A stretch of DNA of 64,000 bases from an uncultured delta proteobacterium (GTDB taxonomy: Bacteria > Desulfobacterota > Binatia > UBA9968): assembly GCA_963804165.1 (NCBI GenBank), contig CAWDPO010000008.1, positions 32,001 to 96,000 on the forward strand, read 5' to 3'. How positions within the stretch are numbered: position 1 is the stretch's first letter; every line of letters starts with the position of its first letter. Position numbers and translations under genes: made by a program. This document shows, in pieces, positions 20,877 to 31,093 of this stretch. The notes beneath the pieces are model-generated. The model saw nothing but the letters and a program-made list of their open reading frames with translations, searched no databases and was not told the origin of the DNA.

Positions 20877-20931
20877 CTCAAAATCCGGTAGGGGTAACCC
20901 TGTGGGGGTTCAAGTCCCCCCTCCGGCACCA
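20877..20931 (+). mobile_element. 3' half of tRNA-Leu(CAA): probable att-site duplication at the right end of an integrated element
   Basis: CT-CAA-AA anticodon loop, long variable arm, GGTTCAAGTCC T-arm and ctccggcACCA end; the expected 5' half (GCCGGAG..., D-arm) is absent upstream. Confidence 0.85.
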
Positions 20932-21119
20932 TGATCATCGATATTTCGATTGTCTGACACTCTCAGTTTGCGCCACTTCCGCGCCTTCTACTAATTCGTG
21001 CGCCGGACCTTAGGCTGCTCGCTCTGTATGTCTACAGCGTACGAGTTTTGTCTCTCTGACGATTTACCGAAAGAATACAGCAGACGGGAAACGAACGAAC
21101 GAGGCAGCTCCGATTACTG

Positions 21120-24100
21120 CTACCGAAAATTACCTGCCGTCAACGGAAATCTAGCGGCTTGAGTTGGTGCGGGGTCTACGATCTGAGATAATTCCATCTT
21201 GATATCATCGGCCTGATCGGAATGGTTACTTTCTTCCGCAGCCTCCATCTCCGCACAGAGAAGCGGAGCCCATGCGTCGATGTAGACTTTTTCTCGCAAT
21301 TCCAAGTGGTCACCGGGAACCTCGAAAACCTTGAACTGTCCCATAACCAGGGACCCCCATCCCACTTGAGGGTTGGATCGGTTCATTGCGGATTTGAAAA
21401 AAATCACCCGTCCGGGGTAAGGCTGCGGCACATAAAACCGTGCCGCTCGCCGATAGACGTTCAGGATGTAGGGACTACGAAGCTGAAGAGGAATCGAATA
21501 CCCCAAGCTCGCGTACACTTGAGATAAAGCCGTCTTTACCCGGACGACTACGTCGCGGAAACATCGCCCGGCGAAGATTCGCACAAAATCACTGAGACCA
21601 ACTCGCGATCGAGGCGGGATTGCATGAGCGCGATGGTTCGCCGGATCGGACATCTCGCGAATTGTTGATTCGTAGACACGCGAGATTTTCTTGGCCGCAA
21701 CTGTAATCCGCGACATCAAAGATGGCGTGTCGTGCTCGCGATCGACGGTCATCGTATCGAGCAAGGCGAGGAGCGCAACTTCCTGTTTTTCGCTCTGTAG
21801 ACGCTGGGCAATCTCAAAGGCAATCACCCCGCCGAAGGAGTAGCCGGCGAGCAGATAGGGCCCTTCCGGCTGCACTGTACGAATCTCTTCAAGATAATGC
21901 GCCGCCAATGTTTCGACCTGCGTGTAACGGGCTTTCGTGCCATCTTGGCTCTGATGCTCCAATGAAAAGACCGGTCGATCCTTACCGAGATAGCCGGGCA
22001 AGAATAGATTGATGGTATCCGCGTGAATCAAAAATAGTGGGGTCTTGGAGCCGTCCGCTTGAATAGGCACGAGGCTCGACCACGGTTGCGGTTGATCACG
22101 GTCAGCTAGGATTTCTGTCAATTGCCGTATGGTCGGCGCTCTGAAAAGTGTCGCCGCAGGAATCGTAGTACCCGTTAGTTTTTCGATCTGGGCGATCAAC
22201 CGGATTGCCAGCAGGGAGTGTCCTCCCAAGTCAAAAAAGCTATCTGTGACCCCCACTCGGTCGACCTCGAGAAGCTCCCGCCAAATCTTGACGAGCTGTA
22301 ACTCCAAAAGCGAATGGGGCGACGCCTTGCCATGAGGAAGTTCTGGCAGCGGCTCCGGCGCCGGTAGTCTGTTGCGGTCTATCTTGCCGTTCGGCGTGAG
22401 TGGGAGTGAGTTCAGCAGGATGAAACTGGTAGGTATCATGTAGTCCGGCAATTTCTCTCTTAAGTATCCCTGAATCTCACTTTGGTTTACCACTTGGTCG
22501 GGTACCGGAATGATATAGCTGACCAAATGGTTTTCTCCCACCGCGTCCTGCTTGGCAATCACGACACACTGCTTCACCGACGGGTGCTCGGTCAACGCCG
22601 ACTCGACTTCGCCGAGTTCAATCCGGTAACCGCGAAGCTTTACTTGAAAGTCGCTTCGTCCAAGATGCTCGATCGTGCCGTCCGATAAGTAACGCGCCCG
22701 GTCGCCGGTCTTGAATAGTCGCGCCGATGCCGCGCGGCTAAAAGGATCCCGAATGAACTTCTCACGCGTCAACTCGGGATTACCTCGATAACCCCGCGCC
22801 AAGCCGATTCCGCCGATATAGAGATCCCCTTCAACGCCGATTGGCAAAGGCTGCAGGTTTGCGTCCAATACATGAATCTCGGTGTTCGCGATGGGATGAC
22901 CAATGACAATCGGGCCACTGTCCGCTGCCACTTTCCACAACGTCGACCAAATCGTCGTCTCCGTCGGTCCGTACATGTTAAAAACCGACGCGCTTCTGGC
23001 GAGCAGGGCTTCGGCAAGGTCTCTGGGTAGCGCCTCTCCGCCGCATAGAATCTTGAGGTCACGTTTTCCATGCCAGCCGGCTTCGAGCAGCATGCGCCAT
23101 GTCATCGGCGTCGCCTGCATCACGGTCGCGCCATTAGCGTCGACACGCTCTTTCAGCAACCTCCCATCCACAACAATTTCCCGTGGCAGTAGGTTCACCT
23201 GCGCCCCGACCGTCAACGGCAAAAAAATCTCCAAGGCGGCAATGTCAAAAGCCAAAGGAGTAACCGATAGCATGACATCGTTGCTGTCGATCCCGGGCTC
23301 TCTCGCCATCGAATCAAGGAAGTTCACCAGAGCCTTATGCGTGACTTCCACGCCCTTCGGTCGCCCCGTCGATCCGGAGGTGAAAATCATGTAGGCAAGA
23401 TCGTCCGATGCTCCCGTCGTCGTTAGGTTCCCGTCCCCTCGGCGAGAGATGTCAGGCCAGTCCTGATCGACGCATACGACACGGGCATTGTTCTTAGGCA
23501 TCCGGTGGCGCAATTTCGCTTGCGTCAGAATAACCGGCGACGCGCTGTCCTCAACCATCATCGCGATGCGCTGCGCCGGATAATCAGGGTCGAGCGGTAC
23601 ATACGCTCCGCCCGCTTTGAGAATCCCGAGCAGGGCGACAACCGTTTCCGCGGATCGTTCCATAAAAACGCCAACGGGTGTCTCGGGACCGACACCCAAT
23701 GTGCACAAATGGCGGGCCAATTGGTTGGCTCGGGCATTTAACCCTTTGTAAGTTACCCGATCGCCTTCGAAGATGACGGCTACAGAATCCGGCGAGCGCT
23801 CGACTTGCGCTTCGAACAATTCATGCATGCGTAGATTCGATGGGAAATCCGCTTGCGTGCGCGCGGATGATTCAAGTAAAAGCTGCTTCTCAAACTGAGA
23901 TAGAAAATTGACACGGTCGATCTTTTCATCCGGATCATTGATAAATGCATCGAGCAAATTTGTGTAGTGCTCCAACATTCTAGTGGCGCGCGATTCATCA
24001 TAGAGGTCCGGATTGTAAACCAGCACGATCTTGTTCAGGACATTCGGATCCACCGCTAGACATAGATCAAATTGCGAAGCTCCCAGCTCAAATTCAAACG

Positions 24101-27100
24101 GCGTCCACTCCAAACCATGCAGCTTGACTTCACCCAACGGTGCGTTTTGAAAGTTAAACAGGACTTGCACCAAAGGTGACAGGCTGGTGTCACGTTGCGG
24201 GTGGAGTTCCTCGACAAGTTTTTCAAATGGCGTCTCTTGTCGGGCAAAGGCATCGATCGTGACATCACGCACCCGGGCCAGAAGGTCACGGAAGCTGGGA
24301 TCGCCGCTGAGATCAGTGCGCAATACAAGTGTATTGACAAATGTCCCCACGATATTCTCGACAGCGAGCCAATTGCGATTCGCAATCGGCGAGCCGACGG
24401 CAATATCCGTCTGACCGGAATATCGGCGAAGCAAGGCCTTGAATGCGGCCAGAAAGGTCATGTAAAGCGTAGCGCCTTCTTGCGCGCTCAGATCCTTTAA
24501 GCGATCGATCAAAATTTCGGGTATATCGAAAGTGAGGTAAGCACCATTAAAAGTCTGTACGGAAGGCCGTGGCTTATCTGTCGGTAAAGCAAGCGGCTGC
24601 AGTCCTTTAAGTTTTTCTTTCCAATACGCCAGTTGTTGTTGTAACACTTCGCTAGACAGCCATTGTCTTTGCCACACTGCGAAGTCTGCGTATTGCAGTG
24701 CTACCGGTTTTAGCTGCGCTTGTGAGCCTGTAGAGAACGCGCTGTACAAGTGAGTTAGTTCCCTCGCGATGATACCCATGGACCATTGATCGGAGGCGAT
24801 GTGGTGCATGTTGACAGCTAACACATGCTCGTTTTCGTCCACTCGGACCAGCAGAACGCGGATCAGCAGATCGCGCTCCAAATTGAACGGCCGCCGCGAT
24901 TCCTCAGAAACGAGTTGCTTAGCCTTCGCCAATCGCTGATCCAGCGGCAAATTTTGCAGATCGATCAACCGGACATTGACCGGTTGCCATTCGGTACTAA
25001 CTTGTCGTGGTTGGCCGTCTACTGACGGAAACACGGTCCTGATGGCTTCGTGACGCCTGACGATCTCATTGAGGCTATTTGTAAGGGCGACGCGGTTCAG
25101 TCGGCCCTCGAGTCGCAGGGCCACCCCGAGGTTGTATGCGGGGCTTTCCGGCGCAATCCGGTGCATAAACCACATGCGCGCCTGTGAAAAAGAGAGGGGC
25201 AGCTCTTGAGAGCGGCTAACGTGGACGATCGGCGGACGTTCTACTGCGCCGCGACTGTTCTGCAATGCCAATTGAATTTGGTTTGCCAGTCCGGCGATCG
25301 TCGGTGTTTCGAATATCGAACGCAGCGGCAGATCCACATGAAAACTTTCTCGCGCCCGGGACATGACCTGGGTCGCGCTCAGGGAATGCCCCCCCACTTC
25401 AAAAAAGCTCCTGTGAATGTCGATTTGCTCGGCACCTAAGATCTCGCTCCAGATATCCGCCAAGCGTTGCTCGATGGGAGAGCGCGCAACGACTGCGCCG
25501 GCATCGGCAGTCGTTATCGATGATACCGGAGCGGGCAGAGCCTTGCGGTCAATTTTACCGCTTGCAGATCTGACAAATTGCTCGGTAAAAACGATTGTTG
25601 CCGGAATCATGTACGCGGGAAGCTTCCTTGATAGATACGCTCGTAACTCATCAGCCGTCACGTCCGAGCCTGCCTGGAGGATGACGTAGGCTGCTAGACG
25701 TCGTCCGTCATTTTCGCCGTCGAACGCCGTTACGATCGCTTCCTTCACCCCAGGATACCGCGTCAGTGTGCTCTCTATTTCCTTTGGCTCAACGCGATAG
25801 CCCATAATCTTGAGCTGATCGTCCGATCTGCCAAGAAATTCCAGTTGGCCGTCCGACCGATAGCGGACGATATCGCCAGTACGATAAAGTCGTTCTTCCA
25901 AACCCAAGTCGAAGGTCTTGGTGATAAAGTTCTGCGCGGTTAAAGCGGGCTTGTTGTGATAACCCAGCGCCAGACCAGCGCCCGCGATGCACAATTCGCC
26001 CGCAACGCCGATCGGCACTGGATCCAGGCGTCGGTCTAGGACGTAGGCTCGAACATTCGCGATCGGTCTCCCGATGGACACGGGTTCTGAAAGCACCTGA
26101 GCGTCGCCGGCATCATCGGTCAGGTCACAAGCCGTGGTGACAACGGTCGCTTCCGTCGGTCCATAGGTATTCACCAGCCGGCAGCGTCTTGAAACCAATT
26201 TTTGCCATTCCGTCAATCGCTTCGGCGAGGCTTGTTCGCCACCGATAATCACCAACCGGATTGACTCCGGCAGGGCAGCGTTTTCGCGATAAAGTGTTTT
26301 CGTCAGCTCATGCCAATAACTCGTCGGCAGATCCAATACCGTCACTTTCCAGTCGCGGCAATTGTCTACGAACGCCCGGATTGACGCCAACGATCGCTCC
26401 GTGCGCAGCACCAGCGCGGCACCCCGAATAAGCGTTGGAAATATTTCTTCAATTGCCGCGTCAAAACTGACAGCGGCGAATTGTAACACTCGGTCGCTCG
26501 GTTCGAGGTTATAGGCTACGGTCGCCCACGACGAAAAGTTCGCGAGCGCTCCTTGTGAGATTTCGACACCTTTGGGATCACCGCTGGAACCTGAAGTGTA
26601 AATTACATAGGCGAGATCATCGCTATTCGGCCTAGTGCCGAGGTTTTGATCGCTTTCGTGAGATATCTTGTCCCGGGCGGAGTCGAGACAAATAACGGCA
26701 CTCGGGATTTGCGGCAGTCTTTCCATGAGCGCCCGCTGAGTGAGCAGCAACGGTAGCCCCGTATCGTTGATAACGAATTCCACGCGGTCAGCGGGAGAAT
26801 TTGGATCGATCGGAACGTAAGCTCCTCCGGCCTTGAGAACGGCCAGCATCGCCACCAGCATTTCGAAGGAGCGATCTAGATGAATTCCAACCAACGTGTT
26901 TGGCCTGACACCGGCTCTCTTGAGGTATCGGGCCAATTGATTCGCGTGCTGGTTGAGCTCGCCGTAAGAAAGCGTGCTGTCTTCGCTCACCACAGCAATA
27001 GCGTCGGGATTTTTTTCCGCTTGCTCCTCGAACGCCGCATGCACGCACGGATTCGGTAACGCCGCGGTCTCTGTCGCATTCCATTCACGGAAAAGAAGCC

Positions 27101-28415
27101 GACAATCGTTTGGAGAGATCAAATCAAGCCGAGCAATCGCTCTGTTCGGGCTCACCGCCATGGCGTCCAGCACAGCGAGGAAATGACGCATCGCCGTTTC
27201 CGCCTGCTGTTCTGAGAACACTTCATCATGAAAATCGAAGCTCAGAAGCAACCGACCGGCGGAGCTGAAGTCGTGAACCTGCAGCATGAAGCTTTCAAAA
27301 CCATGGCCGGTATGAATCCATTCGGGGTGAGCCGGCATGCCGCCAAAATCATTGAATGCGGCCTTGTGATAATTCAAAACCACGTCATAGATCGGCCCAT
27401 GAGTAGGGTTGGTGACGGGAAAGTTCCCATGGCGCACAGTTTCAAAGACTTCCGCACTAATTTTGCGCGCCAGAGACGCAAAGCTGTCTTCTTCGTCCAC
27501 GCTCACACGAACGGGTAGAACCTCAGAAAAAAATCCAATGGTCCGCTTTGAAGCGTTTCGGCGGCGGTTGTGCGAGGCTATGCCGACAAAACAATTCCAG
27601 TGATCATGAAAACGCGCCAGATACGCGCAAAGCACCGCATAAAACGCGTTGAGCAGTAAAACATCGTCGCCGGCGTCCCGATGCTCAACTTCGCGGATAA
27701 CTCTCTGTAGCTTCTCGGATCGCTCGCTTCCAAGGTCGTAAACCCTTCTAGTGACGCGAGTGCCGGCTTTGTTGACCGCCATCCCGTAAAAACGCAGCGG
27801 ATCAGAGTCGCCGCTCAATTTCCGCTTCCAGTACGCCTCCGCTTTACTCGCGCGGGGCGAATGTCCCACGCGGCCTTCCGGAGCTGCAACGACCTCAAAT
27901 GAATTTAGAGCGATTTTATGGGGCAGGTTTCCGTCGATCGCCAGCCTATAGAGTTGGGCCATGGATTGATAGATCAATTGGACCGACCAGGCATCGCTGA
28001 TGAGGTGATGCATGTTCAGGTACCACACGAATGTATCAGCGCTCACCTTGAGCAGCGCCGTGTCGAACAACCTACGCTCCAGATCGAACGTCGTTATCGC
28101 ATTCTTTTGTAGCCAAGTCCGCGCGGCGGCCGGCGGATCGGATCTAGTGGAGAAATCAAAGAACGGCAGGTCGTAGCCAAGCTCAGGAACGACTCGCCGG
28201 ATCGGTACCCTTCGGACGTCTTCAAAGACCATCCGAAGGGCATCGCTCGAGTTTACCAGGGTTTGGAAGGCGCGCTGAAAATGGACAGGGTCAATGTTCC
28301 CGGAGATAGTTAGGGCAACGGGGAGATTGTAAACGGGCTGATTGGACAGCAATTTCTGCGCGATCCACACCTGCAGCTGGCGTGGCGGGAGATTTGACTC
28401 GTCGAATTCGCTCAT
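21120..28415 (-). CDS. Two-module non-ribosomal peptide synthetase, C-A-T-C-A-T-TE (2431 aa)
   Basis: HHLISD and HHIASD C motifs; YTSGSSGDPKG and FTSGSTGRPKG, YGPTE A motifs; two GGHSL PCP serines; GYSFGG thioesterase. Confidence 0.95.
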   Translation of the reverse strand: MSEFDESNLPPRQLQVWIAQKLLSNQPVYNLPVALTISGNIDPVHFQRAFQTLVNSSDALRMVFEDVRRVPIRRVVPELGYDLPFFDFSTRSDPPAAARTWLQKNAITTFDLERRLFDTALLKVSADTFVWYLNMHHLISDAWSVQLIYQSMAQLYRLAIDGNLPHKIALNSFEVVAAPEGRVGHSPRASKAEAYWKRKLSGDSDPLRFYGMAVNKAGTRVTRRVYDLGSERSEKLQRVIREVEHRDAGDDVLLLNAFYAVLCAYLARFHDHWNCFVGIASHNRRRNASKRTIGFFSEVLPVRVSVDEEDSFASLARKISAEVFETVRHGNFPVTNPTHGPIYDVVLNYHKAAFNDFGGMPAHPEWIHTGHGFESFMLQVHDFSSAGRLLLSFDFHDEVFSEQQAETAMRHFLAVLDAMAVSPNRAIARLDLISPNDCRLLFREWNATETAALPNPCVHAAFEEQAEKNPDAIAVVSEDSTLSYGELNQHANQLARYLKRAGVRPNTLVGIHLDRSFEMLVAMLAVLKAGGAYVPIDPNSPADRVEFVINDTGLPLLLTQRALMERLPQIPSAVICLDSARDKISHESDQNLGTRPNSDDLAYVIYTSGSSGDPKGVEISQGALANFSSWATVAYNLEPSDRVLQFAAVSFDAAIEEIFPTLIRGAALVLRTERSLASIRAFVDNCRDWKVTVLDLPTSYWHELTKTLYRENAALPESIRLVIIGGEQASPKRLTEWQKLVSRRCRLVNTYGPTEATVVTTACDLTDDAGDAQVLSEPVSIGRPIANVRAYVLDRRLDPVPIGVAGELCIAGAGLALGYHNKPALTAQNFITKTFDLGLEERLYRTGDIVRYRSDGQLEFLGRSDDQLKIMGYRVEPKEIESTLTRYPGVKEAIVTAFDGENDGRRLAAYVILQAGSDVTADELRAYLSRKLPAYMIPATIVFTEQFVRSASGKIDRKALPAPVSSITTADAGAVVARSPIEQRLADIWSEILGAEQIDIHRSFFEVGGHSLSATQVMSRARESFHVDLPLRSIFETPTIAGLANQIQLALQNSRGAVERPPIVHVSRSQELPLSFSQARMWFMHRIAPESPAYNLGVALRLEGRLNRVALTNSLNEIVRRHEAIRTVFPSVDGQPRQVSTEWQPVNVRLIDLQNLPLDQRLAKAKQLVSEESRRPFNLERDLLIRVLLVRVDENEHVLAVNMHHIASDQWSMGIIARELTHLYSAFSTGSQAQLKPVALQYADFAVWQRQWLSSEVLQQQLAYWKEKLKGLQPLALPTDKPRPSVQTFNGAYLTFDIPEILIDRLKDLSAQEGATLYMTFLAAFKALLRRYSGQTDIAVGSPIANRNWLAVENIVGTFVNTLVLRTDLSGDPSFRDLLARVRDVTIDAFARQETPFEKLVEELHPQRDTSLSPLVQVLFNFQNAPLGEVKLHGLEWTPFEFELGASQFDLCLAVDPNVLNKIVLVYNPDLYDESRATRMLEHYTNLLDAFINDPDEKIDRVNFLSQFEKQLLLESSARTQADFPSNLRMHELFEAQVERSPDSVAVIFEGDRVTYKGLNARANQLARHLCTLGVGPETPVGVFMERSAETVVALLGILKAGGAYVPLDPDYPAQRIAMMVEDSASPVILTQAKLRHRMPKNNARVVCVDQDWPDISRRGDGNLTTTGASDDLAYMIFTSGSTGRPKGVEVTHKALVNFLDSMAREPGIDSNDVMLSVTPLAFDIAALEIFLPLTVGAQVNLLPREIVVDGRLLKERVDANGATVMQATPMTWRMLLEAGWHGKRDLKILCGGEALPRDLAEALLARSASVFNMYGPTETTIWSTLWKVAADSGPIVIGHPIANTEIHVLDANLQPLPIGVEGDLYIGGIGLARGYRGNPELTREKFIRDPFSRAASARLFKTGDRARYLSDGTIEHLGRSDFQVKLRGYRIELGEVESALTEHPSVKQCVVIAKQDAVGENHLVSYIIPVPDQVVNQSEIQGYLREKLPDYMIPTSFILLNSLPLTPNGKIDRNRLPAPEPLPELPHGKASPHSLLELQLVKIWRELLEVDRVGVTDSFFDLGGHSLLAIRLIAQIEKLTGTTIPAATLFRAPTIRQLTEILADRDQPQPWSSLVPIQADGSKTPLFLIHADTINLFLPGYLGKDRPVFSLEHQSQDGTKARYTQVETLAAHYLEEIRTVQPEGPYLLAGYSFGGVIAFEIAQRLQSEKQEVALLALLDTMTVDREHDTPSLMSRITVAAKKISRVYESTIREMSDPANHRAHAIPPRSRVGLSDFVRIFAGRCFRDVVVRVKTALSQVYASLGYSIPLQLRSPYILNVYRRAARFYVPQPYPGRVIFFKSAMNRSNPQVGWGSLVMGQFKVFEVPGDHLELREKVYIDAWAPLLCAEMEAAEESNHSDQADDIKMELSQIVDPAPTQAARFPLTAGNFR

Positions 28416-28471
28416 TGCTGGACCACCGTCGGCGTAAGGAACTGCTGCAAATGCGTTGAATGGATGATTCG

Positions 28472-28488
28472 AGCAATACTTAAGCCAG
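28472..28488 (-). promoter_or_regulatory. Putative sigma54 promoter of the NRPS, with an IHF-like site at ~28504-28516
   Basis: Minus strand CTGGCTTAAGTATTGCT (GG-N10-GC, TTGCT); TTTCAA-N4-TTA just upstream. Confidence 0.65.
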
Positions 28489-28671
28489 AATCCCGGCTAA
28501 CTATAAATAGTTGAAAAATAATATAATTATGGCTCTAGCTGTCGGTGTTCGGAAGGCGCCCGCGCAGTCCTGAGACAAAAGTGACAAGAATTACTGACAT
28601 GATGAAGAACGCGTGGCAAAATCATTTCTCACCTAATTTTTGTCATTCCTCACTTGCGCGACGCCGCGCAC

Positions 28672-28688
28672 CTGGCACTCAGTACGCT
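28672..28688 (+). promoter_or_regulatory. Putative sigma54 promoter facing the fatty acid hydroxylase
   Basis: CTGGCACTCAGTACGCT (TGGCAC, GG-N10-GC; imperfect -12). Confidence 0.45.
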
Positions 28689-28939
28689 TAAAGCCACCGG
28701 GACTCATGAAGTGAGGAATTCATGTGACATGGAATTTCAGCAGTTGTCTTTAGAAGTACAGCCTTCGACAGAGGCTATTCGGCACCCGCGCCTCGGGAGA
28801 AGTTCTCAGATGAATGTGGGTATTTTGTGTTTACCGAACGTGCTGCGCATGGTTTTTACGTTGCTGGACAAGGAAGGTTCGATTGAATCTCTCCGCCGAA
28901 AATGAGCATGATGACGAATCGCCGTCCAATTTTGTAAAA

Positions 28940-29665
28940 ATGAATAAATTTCTCTTCCCCTACTTGATGTTCTGGAGCTTGGGCGTGCTGGCCTTCACTG
29001 CTGAGTGGTTCTTCCCCGAAAGGCGAGTTGCCTATCGATCCGTTTTTCTCCGAGATCTAGTCGCCCTCGGAGTGTACAGCCTTTCTTTCGCGCTCGTTGT
29101 GCAGTTTACCGACCGCGTTCCGATCCCGAATTACGCGCCGACGAATCTCGCGGGAATGCCAATCGCCTTCAAGTTAATTCTATTTTACATTGTTGAAGAT
29201 TTCGGCCTCTATTGGGTTCATCGCTTGATGCACACGAAATACCTATGGCGGACCCACAAATGGCACCACTATCCGACGTATATGTACTGGCTTGCCGGAA
29301 TCCGTACGTCCATCCCTCACATCATTCTATTCAATTTGACCTATGTGGCGGCAAAGCCCTTGTTGGTGGGAGTACCCGGATGGGTATTTCCGCTCATCGC
29401 TTTTGAGCACATCGGCCGAAACAACTGGATGCACCTGAACGTGTCCTGGAGATCGACGTGGTTGGAGTGGCTAATTGTCACGCCGCGATACCATCACATT
29501 CATCACAGCAACGACCCGGTGCATTATCGCTCCAACCTCGGGTCGTTGTTCACTGTGTGGGATCGACTCTTTGGAACGTATTTGGACCCGGATAAAGTAA
29601 AGCACGAATTTACCTTCGGCATCGGTGAAAGAGTACCCCCCCTGCGGCTGGTCCTGGGAGTATAG
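28940..29665 (+). CDS. Sterol desaturase / fatty acid hydroxylase family membrane di-iron enzyme
   Basis: His boxes YWVHRLMH, HKWHH, HLN and YHHIHH; WDRLFGT. Confidence 0.9.
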   Translation: MNKFLFPYLMFWSLGVLAFTAEWFFPERRVAYRSVFLRDLVALGVYSLSFALVVQFTDRVPIPNYAPTNLAGMPIAFKLILFYIVEDFGLYWVHRLMHTKYLWRTHKWHHYPTYMYWLAGIRTSIPHIILFNLTYVAAKPLLVGVPGWVFPLIAFEHIGRNNWMHLNVSWRSTWLEWLIVTPRYHHIHHSNDPVHYRSNLGSLFTVWDRLFGTYLDPDKVKHEFTFGIGERVPPLRLVLGV

Positions 29666-29798
29666 GCGGGCAAAGACAGAAACAATTTTTAGCTCCCTAG
29701 GGATCGATTCTTCCTTGGATCGAATCGACCATCGAGAGCTTTGGACTGGCGCAGATCATCCTTGCTGTTTGACAGTTCGCGGAATGGAGAATTAGCGC

Positions 29799-30920
29799 AT
29801 GGCAAAAAACGGCTTCAAGATCTTGGACAGCGACATGCATATCATGGAGCCGCCGGATCTTTGGGAGCGCTACATCGATCAGAAATTTAAAGCGCGTGCG
29901 CCGCGCGGCGTCACCAGTAGTAACATACGTGATCTACGCATGGTCTATCCTGACGGCCGCGATTGGGCGCGCACCACGACGCGGCAAAACGATTCAGCGC
30001 GCGGGCATAACTTTGAAAGAAATCAGAACGTCTATCGCGCTGACGCGGCGCGCGGGTGGACACCGGAGGTTCAGCTCGAAGCCATGGATGTTGAAGGCAT
30101 CGATGTCGCTGTTCTCTATCCTACTCGGGGACTGCGTGCGTTAGTCGTACCGAACATGGAAGCTGATTTCGCCGCGGCGATCGCGCGCGCTTACAATGAT
30201 TGGCTTTATGATTTTTGCAAGAAGCAGCCGCTGCGTTTGATCGGCGCCGGCATGCTCTCACCGTATGATATGAATGATGCGGTTGTCGAGGCGCGGCGCT
30301 GCGCCGAAGAACTTGGTTTCCGCGCGGTTTTTCTGCGCGCGAATCCACTCGTGCAGCATCAGTGGCACACTCCTTACTATGAGCCGCTTTGGCAAGCGCT
30401 TGCGGATCTGAATCTCGCTTTGGGCTTTCATGAATCCACAGGCACCGGCAAGCAACAAATCGGTGAACGCCTCGAACCGAACCTTATGTTGCGCCGAGTT
30501 TATGCGCAGCCGATGGAGCAAATGTTGGCGCTCGGCAGCTTTTGCGCGGGCGGCGTGCTGGCGCGCCATCCGAATCTGCGGGTCGCGTTTCTGGAAGCGA
30601 ACTGCAGCTGGTTACCGTGGCTATTGTGGCGGTTGGACGAAGGCTGGGAACGGGAAGGTGATGTCTGGGCACCAGATGTAAAAATGGCGCCGAGCGAATA
30701 TTTCAAGCGCCAGTGCGTTGTCTCTGTGGAACCGGACGAAGTTACTATTGCCTATGTGATCGAATACACGGGCGGCAAAAATATTGTTTTTTCCACCGAC
30801 TACCCGCATGGCGATTCAAAGTATCCAAAAGCAGTCGACCACTTCCTCAACTTGCCGATCAGCGAAGCCAACAAGAAAAACATTCTCTGGGACAATTGCG
30901 CGACCTATTACGCGATGTGA
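29799..30920 (+). CDS. Amidohydrolase_2 family protein
   Basis: DSDMHIMEPPDLW, AMDVEGIDVAVLYPT and STDYPHGD motifs. Confidence 0.9.
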   Translation: MAKNGFKILDSDMHIMEPPDLWERYIDQKFKARAPRGVTSSNIRDLRMVYPDGRDWARTTTRQNDSARGHNFERNQNVYRADAARGWTPEVQLEAMDVEGIDVAVLYPTRGLRALVVPNMEADFAAAIARAYNDWLYDFCKKQPLRLIGAGMLSPYDMNDAVVEARRCAEELGFRAVFLRANPLVQHQWHTPYYEPLWQALADLNLALGFHESTGTGKQQIGERLEPNLMLRRVYAQPMEQMLALGSFCAGGVLARHPNLRVAFLEANCSWLPWLLWRLDEGWEREGDVWAPDVKMAPSEYFKRQCVVSVEPDEVTIAYVIEYTGGKNIVFSTDYPHGDSKYPKAVDHFLNLPISEANKKNILWDNCATYYAM

Positions 30921-30940
30921 TTTAATTTTGTCACTGTCCA

Positions 30941-30970
30941 CCCGCTCCGGCATTTCGAAGCGGGAGCGGG
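30941..30970. terminator. Hairpin between convergent genes
   Basis: cccgctcc...ggagcggg followed by tatatattt. Confidence 0.5.
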
Positions 30971-30982
30971 TATATATTTGAT

Positions 30983-31093
30983 TCACCGCGAATAGTATCC
31001 ATTGGAATAATTGTGACGGTGGTGGCGTCCGTGACAACCCGACGCAATGAAGAGTCCGACCGTCAACAACGCCAAAAGTGCGATAGTTTTCAT
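30983..31093 (-). CDS. Small His-rich lipoprotein (36 aa)
   Basis: AAAGGAGG RBS; MKTIALLALLTVGLFIASG-C lipobox; mature part CHGRHHRHNYSNGYYSR. Confidence 0.6.
   Translation of the reverse strand: MKTIALLALLTVGLFIASGCHGRHHRHNYSNGYYSR

Noticed and set aside
20830-20931. Functional tRNA-Leu gene
   Set aside because: The 5' acceptor strand and D-arm are absent; only the 3' half is present
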